This document shows positions 33,990 to 46,859 of a DNA stretch of 64,000 bases, piece by piece (positions within the stretch are counted from its first letter, which is position 1; each line of letters opens with the position of its first letter). A model generated the notes under the pieces. That model was not told the origin of the DNA. It saw only the letters and a program-made list of their open reading frames with translations, and made no database searches. The translations under genes and the position numbers were made by a program. The stretch spans positions 42,782,001-42,846,000 of the forward strand of contig CM059432.1 in the NCBI GenBank assembly GCA_030390025.1, in the 5' to 3' direction. Origin of the DNA: Squalus acanthias. Its lineage: Eukaryota.

Positions 33990-35190
33990 GTAAACTATCC
34001 TTCCTCATCCTTCTCGACCTGTCTGCAGTATCTTCCTCCAATGCCTCTCCTCCATCGTCCAGCTAGGTGGGACTGCGCTCGCCTTGTTCCATTCCTATCT
34101 ATCCAGATGTAGCCAGAGAATCACCTGCAATGGCTTCTCTTCCAGCTCCCACACAGTAACCGCTGGAGTCCTGCAGCATCTATCCTTAAACTCCTTCTAT
34201 TTCTCATCTACATTCTGCCCCTCAGCGACATTATCCGAAAATACAATGTCAGGTTCCACATCTACATTGATGACACCCAGCTCTACCTCACCACCATCTC
34301 TCTAGAACCCTCCACTGCCTCCGATTTGTCATGCCACTTGTCCGGCATCCAGTCCTGGAAGAGCAGAAATTTCCTACAACAAAATATTGGGAAGATTAAA
34401 GCCAGAAACCCCGCCACAAGCTCCATTCCCTAGCCACCGACTCCATCATTCGTCCTGGCCACTGTTTGAAGCCGAACCAGACAGTTCTAAACCTTAGCGT
34501 ACTATTTGACCCTGAGGTGAGCTTCCGACCCCATATCCGCTCCATCACCGCCTACTTCCACCTCCGTAACATCACCTGTCGCCGCCCTGCCTCAGCTCAT
34601 CAGCCGCTGAAACCCTCATCCAAGCCTTTGTTACTTCTAGGCTCGACTATTCCAATGCTCTCCTGGCCGGCCTCCCATCTTGCACCCTTTGTAAACTTGA
34701 GCTCATCCAAAATTCTGCTGCCTGTATCCTAACTTGCACCAAGTCCCGTTCACCCATCACCCCTGTGCTTGCTGACCTACATTGGCTCCCAGTCCGGCAA
34801 CACCTCGATTTAAAAAATGTCATTCTTGTTTTCAAATGCTTCCTATTTCTGTATCCTCCTCAAGCCCTGCAACCCTCCGAGATCTCTGCACTCTTCCAAT
34901 TATGACCTCTTGTGCATCCCTGATTTTCATCGTTCCACCATTGGCGGCCGTGCCTTCAGCTGCCTAGGACCTAAGCTCTAGAATTCCCTCCCAAACCTCT
35001 CCGCCTCTCTACCGCTCTACTCCTTTAAGACACTTCTTAAAACCTACTTCTTTGACCAAGCTTTTCATCACCTGTCCTAATGTGTCTTTGTGTAGCTTGG
35101 TGTCAAATTTTGTTTGATGACGCTCCCGTGAAGAGCTTGGGACATTTTACTATGATTAAGGTGCTTTATAAATGGAAGTTGTTGTTGTTC
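33990..35190 (+). mobile_element. L2-clade LINE 3' portion
   Basis: [26 protein letters not shown] and HITPVLADLHWLPVRQ, with tail GGTGCTTTATAAATGGAAG(TTG)n. Confidence 0.85.
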
Positions 35191-37155
35191 TGGTTCAATT
35201 CTCACAAATGATGTGTCAGTAGTGCTTATGAGTATCAAATTCAAAGAGAGTAGGTGTAAGTTACGTGGCAAAAATGAAATATTTTTACTTACTTTTGACT
35301 TGTTGGCTGTTTCTTTAAAAAGGACTGCAGTTTAAATTCTTCCACTGCCTAACTTGTTACAATGTTACAAATTTAATTGGCTGCAGGGTTGAGAGAGGAG
35401 TAATTCAGTTTTAAACAATGTTATGCGATTGATTCAGTTTGTATCTGACCAACAGTCCCTTTTAAAATTTGAGTGGTCAACTGTTCAATATCCAGGCGCC
35501 CCTGGTCAATCTCCTAGAATATACAAATAACTTTATACTTGAATCTGAGTCAATTTGAAAATCTCTCAGAAGTTTGAAACTCCTGCGAAAAGGGAAACAA
35601 ATCTGCTTTGAACTGCCAAGAGATAGTCCAGATTAATAGAGGCTCCTACAATGATAACACATTTAAGGGAAAAAAGCATTTCATAATATAAAAGTTATTT
35701 ACAAAAGGTTAACTTCGTACTTAAAGTTGTAATTCTTCTACTTAATTTGAGTGGAAATATAATGTTTTATATGCCTGTTCATCTTTTGTTAAATAAATGT
35801 GTTGAATGCTTTTAAACTTAAAACAAGGTCTTGAAGGTTGTGACACTGTATTCACTCGCCAAAGACAAGAGAAATTATATAAAGGCATAGGATAAGTCCA
35901 GTAGCTAAAAATAATTAATGGACGGGATTTTCTGTTTGATTATCCTGGGAGCATTACTGAAAGCTTACCTAGGTCTTAAGGCTGGGATAAATACTCTCGA
36001 GGTATGACGAGTTAGGACTTGTTCATAGAGTGATTTAGGAAATGGGAGCCAAAGCACTCTAGAGTAAGAAGGGTAGAAAAGACCCAAAAAAGTAACACTG
36101 ACATGAAATATTATGACACCTTGAACATCTGCTCAACAAGCAGAAATAGTTTTTGTTGCATTGTTTAATTTATATTATCAATATGTATCACTATAACTAG
36201 CAAAATATTAGAAACAGAATCCATATGGATTTAAATAAAAGATAAGAAGGGATCAATCATGCCAATAAGGATATATTACAGACCACCTAATGGTAGAAAG
36301 GAGGTGGAGGAAGAAATATTTAAGCAAATATGTGAAATGTGTAAAGGACATTAAATAATAATCATGGGAGATTTTAACTACCCCAAATAAACTGGCAAGA
36401 AGAGTTAGCAAAAAGGGTACAGGGAATGGAGTTTTTACAATGAGTGCAGGTCTCCTTTCTTACCCAGTATATATAAAGCCCAACAAGAGAAGGAACACTG
36501 CTGGATCTAGTAATGGGAAATGAACGAGAGCAGATAAGAGAAGTAAGCATATGGGAACATCTAGGCAATAGCGATCACAACATAATAAGATTTAAGATAA
36601 AGCATGAGAAGGACATAGGTAAGACTAAACCAATAAATTGGAAAAACACTGAAGTTAAGGGGATTAAAATTGAACAAGGGAAAGTAAACTGGAAAAATTT
36701 ACTGACAAACAAAGAAATAGAACAACAGTTAAAAACATTTAAAATGGTGATCAATTGCGTCCAGGAGAAATATATCCCACAAAAAAGCAAAAACAAAATA
36801 GCCAGTAATGACACACCATGGACGAATAAAGAAATAAGGGAACAATTGAAACTAAGGAAAAAGTAATACACTATGGGCTGGATTTTGTCATTGGGGACAG
36901 GCTAGGGGTGTGTCAGGTGGTCGTCATGTCCAGACCCCGCCTCCGATGTGAGGCAGGACAAATGAGCGATTTTGCCCTAATTGGGCACTTGATTTCCAGC
37001 GTGTGGGAACCTCTGGCCCAATGAGTATTTTGATGCTGAATCTTGCCTCCGATGACATCATCTATGCAGCTGCATTTAAGGCCTGCAAGCAGCCTTGGTT
37101 CTTTTTCAGCCTTTCAACTTTAGCATAATACTTCTGAGGGATTCCTGCTGCAAAC

Positions 37156-39126
37156 ATGTCCAGCACCAGACCAAAGTGTGCATCCCGTTTCGATGAGAAC
37201 TCCCTCCAAGCTCTGGTGGAGGGAGCAAGAGCGAATAAGGAAGTGCTATTTCCTTCTTCAGGGAGGAAAAAGCCTCCCCAACAGACCAAAGCTGTGTGGC
37301 TGCAAGTGGCACAGGAGGTGAATGCCATATCAATGTGCAGCAGAACCTGGCTGCAGTGCTGAAAGAGGTTTCATGACCTTCTCCGCACAGGAAAAGCGAG
37401 TATTCCATCCCCATGACCCTCAATCTGATCCCCATCGCCTCTCATCACCAGCACTCTGCTTTGTCAACCTCCTCCTCCACATTCCACTTGACCCTTACAT
37501 CCCTGCACCCTTAACCATTCCCTCTCTCTGTATGTTCACATTCACTTAATTATTCGACTATGCAGCCCTCACACTCCCTATCACTGTGATGCAATGACAA
37601 CAACTTACAACACACAGGGAGGGCCCTTGGTCTTGGCACCTCACTCCATCTTTGTGTCCTTCTAAGCATCAATGCTATGGATTCTCTACACTCACTCCTT
37701 CATTCTCACTCAAACTCCACTTGTGTCCCTCATTGCAGGAAAAGAGAGCCCACAATAAAAGGGAGAGGGCGAGGACAGGAGGAGGGCCACTCTCAATAGC
37801 CCAGCTCACCACTGCAGAGGAGGCAGCCCTGGAGATCGTGGGAGTCGAGGAGGATGCACGAGTGGGGGACAGACAGACGGGCGCATCAGAGCAAGCTGGT
37901 GACAGAATAGTTTTTCATCTCTCTCATTGACATTGCATGAGTGACTGATATTGATTCTGATGCTCTAACAGATTGACTTATGATCATCTGCACAATTCAA
38001 TGTGCATACAACGTTTATCTCACAGGTCTAACTCTTTCCTTTACTCCCCCACAGGACCATCGACAGCCCCCCTCCCCACTGTCCAGGAGGAACAGCCTGA
38101 GCCTCAAGACTCCTCAGAGGAAGCTGCAACCTCTGAGGGCGCAGCGTCAGCAGAATTAAGCGCACCCAGCACCTGCGCAGACACTCACACCTCGGTGGAA
38201 CCTTCGGGAGATAGAGTAGAGTTGTCACCTGGTGTATCACAGCTCAAAAGTGAGCATCAGCAGATGGTGAAAACAGGTGCAGCAGTGGAGAGTCCTAGTC
38301 GGAGGGTGCAGGACTCTCCCAGCTCGGCTCAGCTGCATGTCGACCCTGTGCCTCCGGGTCCATCCAGAAGCAGAATTCCAGGAACAGGTGCAGGAGACTC
38401 TGGCAGGTTTTGTCTCCAGGGTCGCTGCGAGTGTGGAGCGAATGGAGGAGTCCATCGCTAACATGAGCAGAGCCTTTGTGGAGGCGCTGGCACATGAACG
38501 CATCACCACAGAAAGGATGGCAACCTCCGTGGAAAGGATGGCTAGCTCCGTGGTAAGGCTGGCTACCGTAGAGGAGAGGATGGCCACGGCCATGGAGGAG
38601 CTTAGTCGCCAGGGTCTTGAAAACATGGTCATTGTTCAGAATAGACTGACATCTCTTGAGGAGCAATGGTCAGCTATTGAGCAGAGAAACCAAACCTTCA
38701 TGGAAATCCTCTGGAGTAGGACTTCAGTGCAGAAACGGGTCCTCATGGCCCCCCTGAAGTGCAGTAAGGTGCTGTCAAGCCACTTGCTAGCTCTGAAGTG
38801 GGGCTGACCCATGAGAGGGATGTTGGTGGCAGAGAACAAGGAAGTGGGGGCTGCTCTCCAAGTGCTCACACGACCCTCTGCAGAGCCCTCGGCCAGAGCC
38901 CCACCAGAGTCCTCACCCAACTGAGATCGGCGTCTCAGCCCCTGCACAGCCGCAGGAGCAGCAGACTGTTGTCGAGCCCTCACAGGCTCGCAACCCCAGA
39001 GGACGCTCACCAAAGGTGTCGAGACAGGAGCAGCAAGAAAGTGAGCAAGGGGCCTCCACATCTGCTGCAGCCACAAGGGAAGCACCACGTAGGAGCACGC
39101 GTAAGAGGAAGATAAAGCACAAGTAG
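37156..39126 (+). pseudogene. Harbinger Myb/SANT protein; exons 37156-37395, 37739-37898, 38055-39126
   Basis: RFDENSLQALVEG..W..VA.EVN...RTWLQC*KRFHDL, TTGCAG|GAAAAG acceptor, EKRAHNKRERARTGGG, phase-compatible exon 3, heptad repeats, and a basic C-terminus RRSTRKRKIKHK*. Stops and frameshifts are present. Confidence 0.88.
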
Positions 39127-39384
39127 TCACAAGGGTAGTCACTTGGGTGTTCTGTTGTGTTTATTTTTGAAAAGCCACCCGTGATTTTGTGATTAAAAAA
39201 AACTTGATGGCAAATTGTTGAAGTTGTGGCCTGTGTCATTTCGCAAATGGGACTTCCACATTGAGGGCGTAGGGCGACTTGCAATTGTCAGTATGGTGGT
39301 CAGAGTGATAGGAATCCGCAGGTTCTTGGCCATTATCCATGCTCTGGTAAGAAGGTGCGAGGCAAAAGTGTTTGATTGGGCAGG

Positions 39385-40619
39385 CTAAGCAAATCTGGCC
39401 AAGATGAGTGCGTCCCTTGCATCCTGGGCAGCAATATGCTCGCGTGCTGCCGCCGCTGGTTGATGCGCCTCTGCAAGCTGTTCGTTGTCACTCTCCTCCT
39501 CCTCCTCCTCCTCATCTGAGGAGGCTAAGCAATGAGCCACTTGTACCTCAGGCAGCTGCAAGCCACGATGCTGTGCCATGTTGTGAAGTGCACAGCAGAC
39601 CACGACGATTCTGGAGACCCTGGCTGCTGAGTACTGCAGGGCTCCACCTGATCTATCCAGGCATCTTAATCGCATCTTCAGCAAGCCGATGGTTTGCTCG
39701 ATTATGGAGCTGGTGGAAATGTGGCTGGAGTTGTAGCGCTCCTCAGCTTCGTTGGACGGCCTCCTCAACGGCGTCATTAGCCACGTCTTCAGGGGATAGC
39801 CCTTGTCTCCAAGTAGCCATCCGAAAAGTTGGTCTGGCGGACTGAAGAGCGGAGGCACTCTAGACTGGCGCAGGATGAAGGAGTCATGGCAACTGCCAGG
39901 GTACTTGGTGCAAACATGCAAAATTTCCTTCTTGTGGTCACACACCAGCTGCACGTTGAGGGAGTGGAAGCCCTTGCGGTTAACAAAAATACCTGGATTG
40001 TGATGGGGTGCCTTAAGGGGCCACATGTGTGCAGTCAACGATGCCCTGCACCCTTGGAAAGCCTGCCAGATTAGCAAATCTGACCGCACGCGCAGTTACA
40101 CTTGCTTGATCCTTGGAGAAGTTGATGTAATTGTGCGCGATGGCAAAGAGGGCATCGGTTACCTGTGTGATGCAAGTGTGTGCGGCCACCTGGGAGATTC
40201 TGCTGATGATCCCTGGAATGAGCCTGAAGCAAAAAAGTTGAGTGCGGTGGTGACTTTGACGGCCACTGGTAAGGGGTGTCCACCCGCTCCTCTGGGCTCC
40301 AGGTCTTGCTGCAGCATTGCGCAGATGTCACCCACTACCTCACGCGAAAGTCTGAGCTTCCTTTGGCACTGCTGCTCAGTCATGTTGAGGTAGCTCATCC
40401 TCTGTCTGTAAACACTGTTTTGGGGTATCTCCTGCGGCGACGTGCTTCCATGTGCTGGCGCCTTCTGGCCTGTGGAGCTTCAGGTGGGTGAGCAGCAGGT
40501 TGGCGCTCCTGTTGTTGATCCTGCAGTTGGTGCTGCTGTTGTTCCGGGTGCTGCTGCTGCCACGGTTGGTCTTCGTCCGAATCTGATGTCCAGGAGCAAA
40601 GGAAATAAATGGTTCCCAT
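39385..40619 (-). pseudogene. Harbinger (HARBI1-like) DDE transposase, frameshifted
   Basis: [20 protein letters not shown] (shifted frame), [39 protein letters not shown] and CCALHN. Confidence 0.92.
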
Positions 40620-43361
40620 GCTTCTGGTATATACCTCAGTTGAGGAAGCGCTCAGTCAAGGTGGGGAGAGGGCTTTCCCAGGAGGTCACACTGGAGATGG
40701 ATCTCAGCCTCAAAACTTCCACAATGAGTAGGCCTGCTAAAAGTTCTCCCAGACCTGAGAAAACAAAGTTCTGCCACCTGCAAATGATCAGTGTTGAAAA
40801 GCCCTTTTTAATGGTGGAGCTGCAGCTGTTAGTAAGCAATCTACTTGTGAGCCCGCCTGGATTAACTGGCGTGTTCCAGAGGAGACATGCAGCACAGGGG
40901 AAACGTGTTAAAGTTAGAAAGGCTTCTCAAAATGGCATTATAGAGGCAATTAAGTGCTTGTTAAGGGCTTTAATGGCCTGTCCTGCCTCTTGGAGGCGGG
41001 ATGGAAACGGGGTCTGAAAGGCCGCTTTTTGGAAAATTGCTCAGAGGTGGTTTGGAGGCGGGATCGGATCTGCCCGCCATATTTTGCGATTTTACCACCT
41101 CACACGCCTCCAAACCCGCCTCCTCGGGCCTGGCAAAATCCAGCCCTATGTATATAGACAACAAAGGAGAAGACGACAAAAGGGAATATGAAAAGATTAG
41201 GAAAGAAATCAAAAAAATAATTAGGAAAGCAAAGGGAAACTACAAAATTAAATTATCAAGGAATATAAAAAGAAATAGCAAAGTATTCTACGGACACAAC
41301 AAAAACAAAAGATCAGGATAGGGATAGGGCCCTTAAGGGATAAATATGATAAACTCACAGGTAATTACAGTGAAATGGCAGAAATATTAAATAATTACTT
41401 TGCTTCGGTATTTACCAGGGAGACAAACATGGTGGACATGACATTAGAAGAAGAGATTAAAAAAAGATATAAAGACATTTTAAGATAGAAAGTGGGGGGA
41501 GATAACTGATAAACTATCAAATTTAGAGAGGATAAAACCCTCTGGATGGATTGCACCTGTGCATATTAAAAGAAGTTAGGGAAGAGATAGTAGAGGCACT
41601 ATACATACACATAAAAATTCATTAGAAAAGGGAATAGTGCCAGAGGACTGGTGGACAGCTAACGTGTTTCCTATATTTAAAAAGAGAGATAGAACAAGTC
41701 CAGGGAACTACAGACCAATTAGCTTAACATCGGTGGTAGGAAAGATAATGGAACCCTTACTCAAAGTTGTAATAGAAAAACATCTAAAGACTGAAAATCT
41801 AACAAGAGTTGTCAGCATGAATTTCAAAAGGAAGGTCATGCTTGGCCAACCTTATTGAATTCTTTGAATAAGTAACAGAAAGGTTAGATAAGGGAAATGT
41901 AATAGACGTAATATATTTGGATTGCCAAAAGGCCTTCGATAAGGTACCACATAGTATCTCATGACTAAGGTCAGAACATGTGGAGTCAGGGGACAGGTAG
42001 CAGAATAGATAGCAAGCAGGCTACAAAACAGAAAACAGAGTGTGGGGTTAAAGGTAGTTACTCAGACTGGCAAAAGTGGTGTTCCACAGGGATCGGTCCT
42101 GGGGCCACTGTTGTTCACCACTTAGATAAACAATTTGGACTCGGGAATTGGAAGTACAATTTCAAAATTTGCGGACGACACCAAATTGGGGGTTGTAGTT
42201 CATACAGAGGAGGACTGTGACAAAATACAGGAAGACATTAATAAACTTGCAGAATGGGCAAGTAATTGGCAAATGAACTTCAATATAGATAAGTGTGAGG
42301 TAGTACATTTTGGTAGGAAGAATAAGGAGGCCACATACTCCTTGGAAAATAATTGCCTAAATGGGATAGAGGAACAGAGGGATCTGGGGGTACAGATACA
42401 TAAATCACTAAAAGTAGTGACACTGGTTAATAAGGCCCTTTATTTAAAATCAGCAAACAAAGCACTGGGGTTCATTACAGAGGGATAGAATTGAAAAGCA
42501 GAGAAGTTATGTTAAACTTCTATCGAACCTTGGTTAGACCACATCTGGAAAACTGTGAACAGTTCTGGTCTGCATATTATAAAAAGGATATAGAAGCACT
42601 GGAGAAGGTACAAAAAAGATTTACTGGAACAATACCAGAACTATCAGGAAAGATTGAACAGTCTTGGGCTTTTTAGTCCAGAAAAGAGAAGACTGATAGG
42701 TGACCTGATAGAGGTCATTAAGGTTATGAAAGGGTTTGATAGGGTAGACATAGAGAAGATGTTTCCACATGCGGGGGAGACCAGAACTAATGGCCATAAA
42801 CATAAGATAGTCACTAATAAATCCAATAGGGAATTCAGAAGACACTTTTTTACCGAGAGTCATTAGAATGTGGAAATCGCTACCATAAGGAGTAGTTGAG
42901 GTGACTAGCATAGATGCATTTAAGGGGAAGCTACATAAACACAGGGAGAAAGGAATAGAAGGATATGTTGCTGGGGTTAGATGAAGAAGGGTGGGAGGAG
43001 CCTCATGTGGAGCCTAAACACTGGCATGGACCTGTTGGGCTGAATGGCCTGTTTCTGTGCTGTAAATACTATGTACTGTGTAAGTCAATACTTTTTTTAT
43101 GTTAAGTCACTATTCAGAAAGGACAGGGAAATTGGGAGCGGAAGAGCACTAGCAATATTAATAAGATACAATTACAGCAGTGAAATGACATGACTTCAGT
43201 AATGGTGAACAGGCAATGGAAACCGTATGGATAAAAGCAAGGAATAGTAAAGGATTTAAGACTTTTGTGGGAGCTTTCTATAGAGTTCCTGACAGTACTG
43301 ATGTAGCAGGGGCGATGTATTAATATGGAGATCAGGGAAGCATGTAGTAGAACATGCTTCC

Positions 43362-44129
43362 CTGGACGACATTCAGGCTTGGGCTGATAAGTGACAGGTA
43401 ACATTCGCACCACAGAAGTGCCAGGCAATGACTATCTCCAACAAGCGAGAGTCTAACCACCGCCCCTTGACATTCAACGGCATTACCATCGCCAAATCCC
43501 CCATCATCAACATCCTGGGGGTCACCATTGACCAGAAACTTAACTGGGCCAGTGTCTCGCCTCCTGATTCCCCAAAGCCTTTCCACCATCTACAAGGCAC
43601 AAGTAAGGAGTGTGATGGAATACTCTCCACTTGCCTGGATGAGTGCAGCTCCAACAACACTCAAGAAGCTCGACACCATCCAGGACAAAGCAACCCGCTT
43701 GATTGGCACCCCATCTACCACCTTAAACATTCACTCCCTCCACCACCGGCGTACTGTTGCTGCTGTGTGTACCATCTACAAGATCCACTGCAGTAACTCG
43801 CCAAGGCTTCTTCGGCAGCACCTCCCAAACTCGTGCCCTTTTCCACCTAGAAGGACCAGGGCAGCAGACGCATGGGAACACCACCACCTCCAAGTTCCCC
43901 GCCAAGTCACACACCATCCTGACTTGGAAATATATTGCCGATCCTTCATCGTCGCAGGGTCAAAATCCTGGAACTCCCTACCTAACAGCACTGTGGGAGT
44001 GCCTTCACCACAGGGACTGCAGCAGTTCAAGGCGGCGGCTCACCACCACCTTCTCAAGGTCAGTTAGGGATGGGCAATAAATGCTGGCCTTGCCAGCGAT
44101 GCCCACATCCCATATATGAATAAAAAAAA
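43362..44129 (+). mobile_element. CR1-clade LINE, 5'-truncated 3' end
   Basis: WADK.QVTFAPQKC and YKAQVRSVMEYSPLAW; ends GGGCAATAAATGCTGGCC...GCCCACATCCC followed by an A-rich tail. Confidence 0.85.
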
Positions 44130-44951
44130 GAACTGGCAAGTGATAAGGCCATACTAGATTTAGTGATGAGTAATGAACCAGAATTCATGAACAATGTGAC
44201 TGTAAGGAAAGATCTTGCAAATAGGGACCATAATATGATTGAATTTGATTTTAGGACATAGATAGTAGTATGTTTGAGATCTTGCGGCGGTAGTTTAAGG
44301 GCGGAAGTGAGAACATAGGTGTACTGGAGGATGATATGGAACAACTGTCAGTTATAATTGTAGAAAAGGAATTGGTTCTGAAAAAAATTAACAGAACGCT
44401 AGTTAAATTAGCTGCCAGGCACTGATGACATGGCTGTTGAAAAAAGCCAGAGAGATGATAGCAGAGGCTCTGGCCACAATTTTTCAATTCTTGTTAAATA
44501 TGCAAAATATGTTGTTGGATTGGAGAGTTGCCAGTGTGACACCTTTATTCAAGAAGAAAGCGAAGGATAAACCAGTAACTATAGACCAATACATCTAGTG
44601 TTAGTTGTGGGCAAATTCTTAGAATCGTAATTCAAGATAAAATTAGTGAGAATTAGAAATTCATGAATTAAATAAGATCAACCAACAAGGATTTGTTAAG
44701 GCAAGTAGTGTTTGGCAAAATTAACAAGTTTTTTTTTGAAGAAGTGACTGATTGAATAAATGAAATTCAGTAGATGTAGTGCATATCAGTTTTAAGAAGA
44801 TGTTTGATAAGGTGTCTCATCGGGGGCTTGTTAAAAAAATTCAGGGGTTATGATAGAAGAGAAAATGTAGCAGCATGGATAGAAAATTAATGGTTAGGAA
44901 ACAAAAAGTTAGGGTTTTGCCTGGATTGGACAATGGTTGGAATAGTGTATC

Positions 44952-46484
44952 GTATCAGGCAATGGAACCCTGTGTGAGAACCTCTCTGGATACGTCGAGG
45001 GCATTCTGAAACCCATCGTACAGGGAACCCCCAGCTTCTGTCGCGACACTACAGACTTCTTACAGAAACTCAGCACCCACGGACCAGTTGAACCAGGAAC
45101 ACTCCTTGCCACGATGGACGTATCGGCACTCTACACCAGTATCCCCCACGATGACGGCATCGCTGCAACAGCCTCAGTACTCAACATCAACAACAGCCAA
45201 TCTCCAGACGCCATCCTACAACTCATCCGCTTCATCCTTGACCACAATGTCTTCACCTTCGACAACCATTTTTTTACCCAAACACACGGAACAGCCATGG
45301 GGACCAAATTCGCACCCCAATACGCCAACATCTTCATGCACAAGTTCGAGCAAGACTTCTTCGCTGCACAGGACCTCCAGCCAACGCTGTACACCAGATA
45401 CATCGACGACATTTTCTTCCTTTGGACCCATGGCGAAGGATCACTGAAAAGACTACACGAAAACATAAACAAGTTCCATCCCACCATCAAACTCACCATG
45501 GACTACTCCTCAGAATCGGTCTCATTCCTGGACACACGAATCTCCATCAAAGACGGACACCTCAGCACTTCACTCTACCGCAAGCCCACGGACAACCTCA
45601 CGATGCTCCACTTCTCCAGCTTCCACCCTAACCATGTTAAAGAAGCCATCCCCTATGGACAAGCCCTGCGAATACACAGGATCTGCTCAGACGAGGAGGA
45701 ACGCGATGGACACCTACGGACGCTGAAAAACGCCCTCGTAAGAACGGGATATGACGCTCGACTCATCGATCGACAGTTCCGACGGGCCACAGCGAAAAAT
45801 CGCATAGACCTCCTCAGAAGGCAAACACGGGACACAACCAACAGGGTACCCTACGTCGTCCAGTACTTCCCCGGAGCGGAGAAACTACGCCATGTTCTTC
45901 GCAGCCTTCAACATGTCATCGATGACGACAAACACCTCGCTAAGGCCATCCCCACGCCTCCACTACTTGCCTTCAAACAGCCGCCTAACCTCAGAAGTAC
46001 CATCGTTCGCAGCAAATTACCCAGCTTTCAGGATAACAGCGACCACGACACCACACAACCCTGCCATGGCAAACTCTGCAAGACATGCCAGATCATCAAC
46101 ACAGATACCACCATCACACATGAGGACACTACCCACCAGGTACATGGTACATACTCATGTGACTCGGCCAACGTTGTCTACCTCATACGTTGCAGGAAAG
46201 AATGCACCGCGGCATGGTACATCGGCGAGACCATGCAGACACTGAGACAACGTATGAACGAGCACCGCGCAACAATCGCCAGGCAGGATTGTTACCTCCC
46301 AGTCGGGGAACACTTCAGCAGTCAAGGACATTCAGCCTCGGATCTGCGGGTAAGCGTTCTCCAAGGCAACCTTAGAAACACACGACAACGCAAAATCATC
46401 GAGCAGAAACTGATAGCCAAGTTCTGCACTCATGAAGACGGTCTCAATCGGGATCTTGGGTTTATGTCACGATACATGACGTGA
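44952..46484 (+). CDS. Penelope-like RT + GIY-YIG endonuclease, uninterrupted but 5'-truncated
   Basis: Frame open from 44952 (VSGNGTLCENLS). Close paralogue of 5173-7059. Confidence 0.93.
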   Translation, partial: VSGNGTLCENLSGYVEGILKPIVQGTPSFCRDTTDFLQKLSTHGPVEPGTLLATMDVSALYTSIPHDDGIAATASVLNINNSQSPDAILQLIRFILDHNVFTFDNHFFTQTHGTAMGTKFAPQYANIFMHKFEQDFFAAQDLQPTLYTRYIDDIFFLWTHGEGSLKRLHENINKFHPTIKLTMDYSSESVSFLDTRISIKDGHLSTSLYRKPTDNLTMLHFSSFHPNHVKEAIPYGQALRIHRICSDEEERDGHLRTLKNALVRTGYDARLIDRQFRRATAKNRIDLLRRQTRDTTNRVPYVVQYFPGAEKLRHVLRSLQHVIDDDKHLAKAIPTPPLLAFKQPPNLRSTIVRSKLPSFQDNSDHDTTQPCHGKLCKTCQIINTDTTITHEDTTHQVHGTYSCDSANVVYLIRCRKECTAAWYIGETMQTLRQRMNEHRATIARQDCYLPVGEHFSSQGHSASDLRVSVLQGNLRNTRQRKIIEQKLIAKFCTHEDGLNRDLGFMSRYMT

Positions 46485-46817
46485 TCCGGACTCGAGTCGT
46501 CGTTAGCTTGTTCACAGATGTGATTCCCAGTAAAAAAGTAAAAATTTTCCCAGTAAAAAAGTAAATTTTTTTTAAAGCTTTTCGTTTTACATACAGACGG
46601 CAGCTTTTGACACGTTAGAACCCCTGCGACTACACCTCATTGTCTCAGTTGTATCTTGCTATGTCTTTTGATGTGGTACCTTCCTGGCTGACTTAATTAA
46701 CTTTATCACACCTCGGCAGATAGTCAGGATGATTTAATTTATTGGTCTGCAATTGTAAAGTACACATGCTTTGTTTTCTATCTATATATGCTCTGGCGAT
46801 TCTGTATCCAATTTACT

Positions 46818-46859
46818 TCACCTGAGGAAGGAGCAATCGATAGCTCCGAAAGCTTGTGA
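46818..46859 (+). ncRNA. Minimal type-I hammerhead ribozyme
   Basis: TCAC-CTGAGGA-A-GGAGC-AATCGATA-GCTCC-GAAA-GCTT-GTGA: CUGANGA and GAAA cores, stems I and II, and palindromic AAGCTT in place of stem III. Confidence 0.8.

Larger units (their letters stand above)
36875..41146. mobile_element. Full-length PIF/Harbinger DNA transposon (4272 bp)
   Basis: TIR GGGCTGGATTTTG / CAAAATCCAGCCC, TAT duplication (36872-36874, 41147-41149), and two convergent genes. Confidence 0.93.
36230..43085 (+). mobile_element. CR1 LINE (endonuclease + RT, decayed) interrupted by a Harbinger
   Basis: IIMGDFNYP, HLGNSDHN, PGNYRPISLTSVVGK, KFADDTKL and LVRPHLE. The reading continues across 36874/41150. Confidence 0.9.

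Noticed and set aside
40395..40619. Glutamine-rich ORF (also ~60480-60550) as a host polyQ gene
   Set aside because: It is the low-complexity N-terminus of the Harbinger transposase, inside the TIRs.
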